Positions 1 to 7,460 of a DNA stretch of 64,000 nt are shown in pieces. The stretch is taken from contig OZ219815.1 of NCBI GenBank assembly GCA_964291235.2, forward strand, positions 832,001-896,000, given 5' to 3'. The notes below the pieces were generated by a model. That model searched no databases, was not told the DNA's origin, and saw only the letters and a list, made by a program, of their open reading frames with translations. The position numbers were made by a program, and so were the translations under genes. The stretch is from Vicinamibacteria bacterium. GTDB taxonomy: Bacteria; Acidobacteriota; Vicinamibacteria; Marinacidobacterales; Marinacidobacteraceae. Within the stretch, counting starts at the first letter, position 1. The number at the start of each line of letters is the position of its first letter.

Positions 1-639
1 CAGCCGGTACTGCGCCAGGTCCCTTCCGGCCTCCTTCGCGACGAGCCGCGGGGCTCCGCCGTAGAGGAGGCCCGCCGGCTCCGCCACCTTGTCTTTTTCC
101 TGGCCCGTCCCGGAGCGGTAGCGGAAGGCCACCTTGTGCTGCGTCAGGATGGCCTTCCGAAGCGGCGCGGTCACGTTCTCCTTCGCCGGCACGTGCGGGC
201 CCGGCCGGGAGGCGATCCCGAAGGCATCGGTGATCGCCTCGACGTCGGTGTCCGTGTGGGACGCCAACTGGAGCTCCTCCATCGCCCCGTGCACCTTGCT
301 GCGAAGATCCGTCAGGCGGGCGGCCTCGTCCGACATGTTCTCCCGCTCGAGGGCCTTGACCGCGGCGTCCAGCGCCGCCATTTCCTCGGCCGCGGGTTTC
401 TGGGTCTTGAACCCGCGGACCCACTTGTTCTGGGTGGCGTCCAGCCAGAACTGCTTCTCGCCGGAGTCGATCTTCCCTTCCTTCAAGGCGTCCCCGAAGA
501 TTCGCTTCGCCTCGGCGATCCAGCGAAGGGCGGTACGCCGGTTGATGTCCTCCGTCCGCTCGAGGTCCCGGTAGGTGATCCGGGTCCCGCTCAGCAATTT
601 GCGGAAAAGGGTCGCGGTGCGCTCGATGGAACTGGCCAT
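1..639 (-). CDS. HTH-WYL domain transcriptional regulator (3' end runs off the window)
   Basis: Not in the ORF track; translated by hand from ATG at 639, with AGGAGA RBS. N-terminal HTH-like segment (ITYRDLERTEDINRRTALRWI) and WYL-like segment (LRKAILTQHKVAFRY...KVAEPAGLLYGGAPRLVA...QYRL). Frame is open to position 1. Confidence 0.75.
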   Translation of the reverse strand, partial: MASSIERTATLFRKLLSGTRITYRDLERTEDINRRTALRWIAEAKRIFGDALKEGKIDSGEKQFWLDATQNKWVRGFKTQKPAAEEMAALDAAVKALERENMSDEAARLTDLRSKVHGAMEELQLASHTDTDVEAITDAFGIASRPGPHVPAKENVTAPLRKAILTQHKVAFRYRSGTGQEKDKVAEPAGLLYGGAPRLVAKEAGRDLAQYRL

Positions 640-694
640 TAGACTCTCCTTGCGGTTGCCGTCGCGGGGCGGGTTGGCCCTGCTTCCCGATCAG

Positions 695-767
695 TGCGAC
701 AAATATTGACTCAATGAAACCCGGGATGCAAACGCGAGTGTCTTGTCCGGATCGGATACCAGGACAC
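695..767. promoter_or_regulatory. Divergent promoter region with palindromes (possible operator)
   Basis: ATTGACTCAAT palindrome at 705-715 contains a TTGACT -35-like hexamer; imperfect inverted repeat GTGTCTTG (738-745) / CAGGACAC (760-767). Lies between the divergent WYL and BCCT genes. Confidence 0.35.
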
Positions 768-2359
768 AATCCGGCATATCCTGGTGCCCTTCCCGTCCGT
801 TTGGCGTGGATTCCGGCGTGACGAAAGCAGCTCCGGGCCGCTATCAGGCAGGCCGCGACAACATCCGTCCCTTCGGCCTCGATATCCACAACCCGGTCTT
901 CGTGGTCTCGAGCCTCACCAGCATCGCTTTCGTCGCCGGGGCGCTCCTGTTCCGGGACGCCGCGGGGGGCGTCTTCGAGGCGCTCTACGCCTGGCTGACC
1001 TCGACGTTCGACTGGATGTTCATGGCGGCCGCGAACGTCTTCCTTCTCTTCTGCCTGGCGCTGTTGCCCACGCGCCTGGGCCGAATTCGCCTGGGCGGCC
1101 CGGACGCCAGACCGGAGTACTCCAACTGGTCGTGGTTCGCCATGCTGTTCGCGGCGGGGATCGGGATCGGCCTGCTGTTCTTCGGCGTGGCGGAGCCGGT
1201 CACCCATTTCCGGAATCCGCCGCTCGGAATGGAGCCCGCCGAGAGCCTCGCGGTCGCCGGCACCCTCTACCACTGGGGCCTGCATGGATGGGCCATCTAT
1301 GCAGTAGCGGCGCTCGCGCTCGCCTTCGCCGCCTACAACCTCCGACTGCCGATGAGCCTGCGGTCGGCCTTCTACCCGGTGCTGGGCGACTGGGTGTGGG
1401 GCCGCTTCGGCCACCTCGTGGACATCCTGGCGGTGTTCGCCACGGTCTTCGGACTGGCGACCTCACTCGGCCTGGGCGTCGAACAGATGGTGGCCGGGCT
1501 GAACCATCTATTCGGCGTCCCCGCGACGGATCTGACCGCGATACTCCTGATCGCCGTCATCACGGCGGTCACGCTGGCCTCCGTGATCCTGGGCATGGAC
1601 CGGGGCGTCAAGCGCCTGAGCCAGGCCAACATGGCCCTCGCGCTGCTGCTGCTCGCCTTCGTGCTGGCCGCCGGACCGACCCTCGAAATCCTCATCGGGT
1701 TCGGCCGGAGTCTCGGCCGCTATCTCGCCGTCATCGGACCGCTCAGCAACTGGGTGGGCCGGGAAGATCTCCATTTCCTGCATGACTGGACCATCTTCTA
1801 CTGGGCGTGGTGGCTCTCGTGGGCGCCCTGCGTCGGCATGTTCATCGCCCGGATCTCGCGCGGCCGGACCGTGCGCAGCCTCGTCGGCGGCATGCTGGTG
1901 ATCCCGCTGCTGCTCGAGACGCTCTGGTTCAACACGTTCGGCGGAACGGGGCTGGCGCTCCACCTCGGCGGACAGCCCGGAATCGTCGATGCGGTGCAAA
2001 ACGGGCAGCCGGAACTGGCGCTCTTCAGGATGCTCGAGCTGCTGCCGCTCGCCGGAGTCACCTCGTTCGTCGCCATCGCCCTGGTGATCGTCTTTTTCGT
2101 CACCTCGTCCGATTCCGGGACGCTGGTGATCGACACCATCACCGCCGGCGGCAAGGTGGACGCCCCGGTCGTGCAGCGCGTCTTCTGGTGTTCGTTCGTG
2201 GGGATCGTCGCCATGACCCTGCTCGTCAGCGGGGGGCTGCGGGCGTTGCAGACCGCCGCCCTCACCACCGGCTTCCCCATCACGGTCATCCTGGTCGCGT
2301 TGTGTTACAGCGTGTGGAAGGGGCTGCGCACCGCCGGGACTACGGTCCCTTCGAAGTAG
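743..2359 (+). CDS. BCCT family (betaine/carnitine/choline) transporter
   Basis: SWFAMLFAAGIGIGLLFFGVAEP, HWGLHGWAIY, WTIFYWAWWLSWAP.GMFIARISRGRT and FFVTSSDSG motifs; true start may be downstream of 743. Confidence 0.95.
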   Translation: MSGSDTRTQSGISWCPSRPFGVDSGVTKAAPGRYQAGRDNIRPFGLDIHNPVFVVSSLTSIAFVAGALLFRDAAGGVFEALYAWLTSTFDWMFMAAANVFLLFCLALLPTRLGRIRLGGPDARPEYSNWSWFAMLFAAGIGIGLLFFGVAEPVTHFRNPPLGMEPAESLAVAGTLYHWGLHGWAIYAVAALALAFAAYNLRLPMSLRSAFYPVLGDWVWGRFGHLVDILAVFATVFGLATSLGLGVEQMVAGLNHLFGVPATDLTAILLIAVITAVTLASVILGMDRGVKRLSQANMALALLLLAFVLAAGPTLEILIGFGRSLGRYLAVIGPLSNWVGREDLHFLHDWTIFYWAWWLSWAPCVGMFIARISRGRTVRSLVGGMLVIPLLLETLWFNTFGGTGLALHLGGQPGIVDAVQNGQPELALFRMLELLPLAGVTSFVAIALVIVFFVTSSDSGTLVIDTITAGGKVDAPVVQRVFWCSFVGIVAMTLLVSGGLRALQTAALTTGFPITVILVALCYSVWKGLRTAGTTVPSK

Positions 2360-2370
2360 GGGGAATCCAG

Positions 2371-3456
2371 ATGGCAATGCCGCCCGGAAGCGACACCGGA
2401 CAGATTTCAGCACATCCCCTCATCCTGCTGGGGATGGGGAACGTGCACCGCGAGCTGCTCGGGATCCTGGCCGCGAAGGCGGAAAGCCTCGCGGACCGCT
2501 ACGGGGTGACGTTCCCTGTCGTGGCCTGCGCGGACCGCAGCGGTTTCGTCCGCGGGCCGGACGCCGAGGGAGGCCGCATCGCGGCCGGCGCCCTGCTGGC
2601 CGCCAAGGCCGCCGGGGGGAAGGTCCGGGACGTCCCCGGCGCGGAGGCGGTCTCCCTCGAGGAGGCGCTCGCCCTCGCCGGGCCGCGCGGCATCCTGCTC
2701 GACGCCGCCTCGATGGACGTGGAAACCGGGGGAATCGGGCTCCACGCCGCCCGGGCGGCACTCGCTTGCGGAGTCTCGGTGGTCTTCGCCAACAAGTCGG
2801 CGATCGCGCTCGCCTTCGACGAAATCGAAGCGCTCGCCCGCGAGAACGCCGCCGGACTCGGCTGGAGCGCCACCGTCTGCGGCGGGCTCCCGGTGGTGAA
2901 CGCGGGCCGGCGGGACCTGGTGTCGGCGGAGTTCCGGCGGCTCCGGGGCGTCTTCAACAGCACGAGCAACCTGGTGCTGGGCCGGATGGCCGAAGGGTTG
3001 ACCCTCGAGGACGCGGTCCGCGAGGCCCAGCGACGGGGAATCGCCGAGACGGACCCTACGAACGACCTGAACGGCACCGACACCGCGCTCAAGCTGCTGA
3101 TCCTGGTGCGCACGGTCATGCGCCGGGCTGCGTCCCTCGCGGACGTGGACCGCACCGGGATCGAGGCGGCGCCCGAGCCGGCCGCGGACGAAGTGGTCCG
3201 GCTGCTCGGCGAAGCCGTGCCCGACGGGGATTCCGTGCGGATGACCGTTTCGCCGGTGTCGGTGCCCCGGACGAGCTTCTTCGGCTCGCTCGGGACGCTC
3301 GACATGGCGGTGGAGTGGGAGACCGACCTGTTTGCGACCCAGCGGCTGATCAGCACCGAGGGGGACGCCATTCCCACCGCCGCGGCGGTGCTCCGAGACG
3401 CCGTCCACATCGCCTGCGGCACCCCCGCGGGTCCGTCGGTCCGGCCTGTCGTTTAG
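2371..3456 (+). CDS. Homoserine dehydrogenase-like protein
   Basis: C-terminal part of ORF 1807..3456 from ATG 2371; LLGMGNV, VVFANK, ATVCGGLPVV, GVFNSTSN, AQRRGIAETDPTNDLNGTDTALK. Confidence 0.85.
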   Translation: MAMPPGSDTGQISAHPLILLGMGNVHRELLGILAAKAESLADRYGVTFPVVACADRSGFVRGPDAEGGRIAAGALLAAKAAGGKVRDVPGAEAVSLEEALALAGPRGILLDAASMDVETGGIGLHAARAALACGVSVVFANKSAIALAFDEIEALARENAAGLGWSATVCGGLPVVNAGRRDLVSAEFRRLRGVFNSTSNLVLGRMAEGLTLEDAVREAQRRGIAETDPTNDLNGTDTALKLLILVRTVMRRAASLADVDRTGIEAAPEPAADEVVRLLGEAVPDGDSVRMTVSPVSVPRTSFFGSLGTLDMAVEWETDLFATQRLISTEGDAIPTAAAVLRDAVHIACGTPAGPSVRPVV

Positions 3457-3481
3457 GCCTGTCGCTTAGGATCGGGAATTC

Positions 3482-4759
3482 ATGACGGCCCGCAAGATCT
3501 CCCGCCGCCAGGCGCTTGCCGCCGGGCTGGCCGGCGCGGGCGCCGCCGCGGCGCTCGGCGGCTGCGGGGACGGAGCCGGTGAGTCGCCGGAAACGCCAGC
3601 CGCCGGAAGCCAGGCCGCGCCCCAGCCGGGACGGGGAGTCCGCGCGGTGGTGGTCGGCGCCGGCGCCTTCGGCGGCTGGACGGCGCTCGAGCTTCTGCGG
3701 CGGGGGGCCGAGGTCACGCTGGTGGACGCCTGGGGCCCGGGGAATTCCCGGGCTAGCTCGGGCGGCGAGACGCGGGTGATCCGCGCCACCTACGGTTCCG
3801 ACCGCATCTACTCCGAGATGGTGGTCCGGGCGCTCGAACTCTGGAAGGAGGCCGGCGAGCGCTGGAACGACCGGCTCTTCTTCGAAACCGGGGCGCTCTG
3901 GATGAGCGACGGGGTCGATCCCTACGCGACGGACTCGGTCCCGATCCTCACCGACCTCGGCGTTCCGTTCGAGGAACTCACCGGCGAGGAACTCGGCCGG
4001 CGCTACCCCCAGATCAACCCGGAGGGGATCGCCTACGCGCTCCACGAGAAGAGCGCGGGATATCTCCTCGCACGGCGCGGCTGCCAGCGGGTGCTGGAGG
4101 GCTTCCTCGCCGAGGGCGGCGAGTATCGCCAGGCGAAGGCGGCCGCCGGGACCATGACGGACGGGGCGATGCGGGATGTCCGCCTGGCGACCGGCGAGAC
4201 GATCCCAGCGGAGCTCTTCGTGTTTGCCGGCGGGCCCTGGCTCGCGGAGCTCTTTCCGGGTTTCGACCCGCCGCTCGTGAGCCCCACCCGGCAGGAGATC
4301 CTCTATTTCGGCACCCCGCCCGGCCGTCCCGACCTGACGGACGCCGAACTGCCGGTCTGGGTGGAGACGGGAGCCAGCCTTTTCTACGGAGTTCCGGGCA
4401 GCAACTACCGCGGCTTCAAGGTGGCGGACGACACCCGCGGGGCGCCGTTCGACCCTACCGGCGGGGACCGCACCCCTTCGCCGGAGGCCATCCGGACGGG
4501 GCGGAGCTACATGGAACGCCGCTTCCCGGCGATGCGGGAGGCCCCGCTGATCGAGGCGCGGGTCTGCCAGTACGAGCAGAGCGCCGACGGGCACCTGATC
4601 GTGGATACCCATCCCGAGGCCGAAAACGTCTGGATCGCCGGCGGCGGATCGGGCCACGGCTACAAGCTCGGCCCGGCGCTTGGGGAGATGCTGGCGGCGC
4701 AGGCGCTCGGCGAGCGTGCAAAGGAGCCCTTCTTCGGGCTGGACCGGTTCGCCGGGTGA
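3482..4759 (+). CDS. FAD-dependent oxidoreductase, monomeric sarcosine oxidase-like, Tat lipoprotein
   Basis: SRRQAL twin-Arg plus LGGC lipobox; VVGAGAFG; ASSGGETRVIR; RVCQYE; GGSGHGYKLGP. Confidence 0.88.
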   Translation: MTARKISRRQALAAGLAGAGAAAALGGCGDGAGESPETPAAGSQAAPQPGRGVRAVVVGAGAFGGWTALELLRRGAEVTLVDAWGPGNSRASSGGETRVIRATYGSDRIYSEMVVRALELWKEAGERWNDRLFFETGALWMSDGVDPYATDSVPILTDLGVPFEELTGEELGRRYPQINPEGIAYALHEKSAGYLLARRGCQRVLEGFLAEGGEYRQAKAAAGTMTDGAMRDVRLATGETIPAELFVFAGGPWLAELFPGFDPPLVSPTRQEILYFGTPPGRPDLTDAELPVWVETGASLFYGVPGSNYRGFKVADDTRGAPFDPTGGDRTPSPEAIRTGRSYMERRFPAMREAPLIEARVCQYEQSADGHLIVDTHPEAENVWIAGGGSGHGYKLGPALGEMLAAQALGERAKEPFFGLDRFAG

Positions 4760-4763
4760 TCGC

Positions 4764-6029
4764 ATGACGAAACGGATTTCACGCCGCGAGGCGATCACTG
4801 CCGGGCTCGCCGGCGCCGCCGCGGGCGCGCTGGGCGCCTGCGGGAACGGAGCCGGCGGACCCGAAACGCCCGTGGCCGCACCCACCGAGAGCGCTCCCCA
4901 GACCGGAAGCGGGATCCGGGCCGTGGTCGTCGGGGCTGGCGCTTTCGGCGGCTGGACGGCGCTCTGGCTCCGTCGCGCCGGCGCGGAGGTGACGCTGGTG
5001 GACGCGTGGGGGGCCGGCAACGCCCGCGCGAGTTCGGGCGGCGAGAGCCGCTTGATCCGGGCCTCCTACGGACCGCGCCGGATCTACAGCGAGATGGTGG
5101 CCCGCGGGCTCCAGATCTGGAAGGAGCACGAGGCGCGCTGGGACGACCGGCTGCTCTTTCCCATCGGCATGCTGCGGATGAGCAGCGGCGAATCCGAGTA
5201 CGCGAAGGCGGCGGTGCCCATCCTCAGAGAACTCGGACTCACGGTCGAGGAACTCGACGGTGACGAGCTCGCGCGCCGCTTCCCCCAGATCAACCCGGAC
5301 GGCCTCTCCTACGGGGTGTTCGAAAAGGATGCCGGCTACCTGCTCGCCCGCCGCGGCTGCGAGCGGGTGCTCGATGCGTTCGTCGCCGAAGGCGGCGCCT
5401 TCCTCCGCGCCGAGGCGTCGCCGGGGGAGACCTCCGGCAGCGGGATGCGGGACATCCGCCTCGCCGACGGCAGCACCGTCGAGGCCGACGTGTTCGTGTT
5501 CGCCTGCGGGCCCTGGCTCGCGAAGCTGTTCCCGGAGTTCGATCCGCCGCTCGTCCAGCCCACCCGGCAGGAAGTCTTCTACTTCGGCCCGCCGGCGGGC
5601 CGCGCCGACGTTACGGAGGACGAGTTCCCGACCTGGATCGACCAGGGCCCGTTCTACGGCGTCCCGGCGACCCGCTTCCGCGGCTTCAAGATCGCGGACG
5701 ACCGGCGCGGCGCGCCCTTCGACCCCACGACCGGCGACCGCACGCCGTCAGCGAAGGGCGCCCGGGAGGCGCGGGAGTACATGGAGCACCGCTTCCCGGG
5801 GATGCGGGGCGCCCCGCTGATCGAGGCGCGGGTCTGCCAGTACGAGCAGAGCGCCGACGGGAACCTGATCGTGGACACCCACCCGGAAGCGGACAACGTC
5901 TGGATCGCCGGGGGCGGGTCCGGCCACGGCTACAAGCTGGGCGCGGCGCTCGGGGAAATGCTGGCCGGACAGGCGCTCGGGGAGCGCGAGAAGGAGCCCT
6001 TCTTCGGGCTGGCGCGGTTCGCGGGCTGA
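4764..6029 (+). CDS. FAD-dependent oxidoreductase, sarcosine oxidase-like paralog, Tat lipoprotein
   Basis: ATG 4764; SRREAI plus LGAC lipobox; same motifs as the upstream gene, with long near-identical stretches. Confidence 0.88.
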   Translation: MTKRISRREAITAGLAGAAAGALGACGNGAGGPETPVAAPTESAPQTGSGIRAVVVGAGAFGGWTALWLRRAGAEVTLVDAWGAGNARASSGGESRLIRASYGPRRIYSEMVARGLQIWKEHEARWDDRLLFPIGMLRMSSGESEYAKAAVPILRELGLTVEELDGDELARRFPQINPDGLSYGVFEKDAGYLLARRGCERVLDAFVAEGGAFLRAEASPGETSGSGMRDIRLADGSTVEADVFVFACGPWLAKLFPEFDPPLVQPTRQEVFYFGPPAGRADVTEDEFPTWIDQGPFYGVPATRFRGFKIADDRRGAPFDPTTGDRTPSAKGAREAREYMEHRFPGMRGAPLIEARVCQYEQSADGNLIVDTHPEADNVWIAGGGSGHGYKLGAALGEMLAGQALGEREKEPFFGLARFAG

Positions 6030-6059
6030 CCGCCGGCGCGGCGCCGGTCTCGCGGCGGC

Positions 6060-7322
6060 CTAGACCAACCCGCGGATCACCCCCAGCAGCCGGTCCACGT
6101 CGTCGCGGCTGTTGAACATCCCCACGCCGGCGCGCAGCAGTTGCCCTTCCTCCTGGAAGGTGATCGCCACGCCCTCGTCGGCGAGCGCCTGGCTGAGCCG
6201 CTCGTGATCGAGTCCGTGGTGGAAGCTGACGATGGCGGACGGGTTCTTCGGCGGGGTGAACATCCGCATCCCGAGCGCCGCGGCGCCCTCCCGCAGGGCG
6301 CCGGCGAGCGCGTGCGTGTGCCCGGCGATGCGATCGACCCCGACCTGCCCGACGAACCCGAGCGCGGCGTCCATCGCGGCCACCGGGCCGTAGGCCGGGC
6401 TTCCGTATTCGAGCTTTTCGGCGCTGGTCTTGAGGCGGTAGCGGTGTCCGGGCAGCGACTCGGCGACCTGGCGATGCCCGTGCCGGTCGGCGGTCATCCA
6501 GTCCAGGTGCTCGCGGCGCACGTAGAGGGGCGCGCAGCCGAAGTCCGCGTGCAGCCACTTGTAGCCATTGCCGCAGGCGAAGTCGACCTTCTCCTGGTGG
6601 AGGTTGGTCGGGACGTTGCCCCACGCCTGGATGGCGTCGGCGAAGAGGTAGCCACCGTGCGCGTGGACGAGGTCGGCCAGCTCGGGCAGGTCGTAGCGGA
6701 AGCCGTTGCGGTTCGACACCCACGCCACGCTGAGCAGCCGCGTCCGGTCGTCGGTCCGCGCGGCGTAGTCGTCCACCGTCACGACGCCGTCCCGTGAGGG
6801 GACGATCCTCAGTTCGACCCCGGCCCGGCGCTCGAGTTCGCGGTAGAGCACGAAGGTGGTGACGAAGTGCAGTTCGTCCACCACCACGTTGTCGCCCGCC
6901 CTCCAGTCCATCGCGTTTACGACGACGTTCTCGCCCCCGCTGGTGGCGTAGAGGAAGGCGATCTCGTCCTCGTCGGCGCCGAACAGGCTGGCGAAGCGGG
7001 TCCGCGCGCTCGCCACCGCCTTGCCGCCCGCCGCGCCGTCGCGCCGCCGCATCTTGTTGTCCGCGTACTCGTGCAGGGCGTCGCGGACGGGCAGCGGCAG
7101 CGGCCCCACCGCGGCATTGTTGAGATAGGCCAGTTCCTCGGTGACCGGGAAGCTGGACCGGATGCCGAGCGGATCGGTCGGGCTCGGGCTGGCGCCGGGC
7201 GCACCCGGCTGGCGGGATCCGGCAGCCGCGCTGGCGCCGGGAAGCGCGGCCAGTCCGGCGGCCGCGGTGGTCTGGAGGAAGCGTCGTCGATTCCAGGGAC
7301 TGCGGGGTTCGTTCGGCTTCAT
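6060..7322 (-). CDS. Class V PLP-dependent aminotransferase family protein with Tat signal
   Basis: ATG 7322 with GAGGAG RBS; NRRRFL Tat motif; YLNNAAVGP, DAIQAWG, GYKWL (PLP lysine). Confidence 0.88.
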   Translation of the reverse strand: MKPNEPRSPWNRRRFLQTTAAAGLAALPGASAAAGSRQPGAPGASPSPTDPLGIRSSFPVTEELAYLNNAAVGPLPLPVRDALHEYADNKMRRRDGAAGGKAVASARTRFASLFGADEDEIAFLYATSGGENVVVNAMDWRAGDNVVVDELHFVTTFVLYRELERRAGVELRIVPSRDGVVTVDDYAARTDDRTRLLSVAWVSNRNGFRYDLPELADLVHAHGGYLFADAIQAWGNVPTNLHQEKVDFACGNGYKWLHADFGCAPLYVRREHLDWMTADRHGHRQVAESLPGHRYRLKTSAEKLEYGSPAYGPVAAMDAALGFVGQVGVDRIAGHTHALAGALREGAAALGMRMFTPPKNPSAIVSFHHGLDHERLSQALADEGVAITFQEEGQLLRAGVGMFNSRDDVDRLLGVIRGLV

Positions 7323-7408
7323 GAGTCTCTCCTCAATCGGTATCGATCGGATCGAGTGTACGTCCGCGCGCCCGCGCCCTTCGACAACGGAAATCGGCGT
7401 CCCCAACG

Positions 7409-7442
7409 AAAAAAGGGGCGCCGGCCCGAAAGCCGGCGCCCC
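7409..7442 (-). terminator. Rho-independent terminator of the TonB-dependent receptor gene
   Basis: 11-bp stem GGGGCGCCGGC/GCCGGCGCCCC followed by T6 on the minus strand, ~20 bp after the stop at 7461. Confidence 0.85.
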
Positions 7443-7460
7443 CCGCGCGTCACGACGCGA

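Noticed and set aside
134-642. Plus-strand ORFs 134..574 and 136..642
   Set aside because: Antisense shadows of the minus-strand WYL gene.
6060-7322. Cysteine desulfurase (sufS/iscS)
   Set aside because: The catalytic Cys motif is absent and a Tat signal is present.
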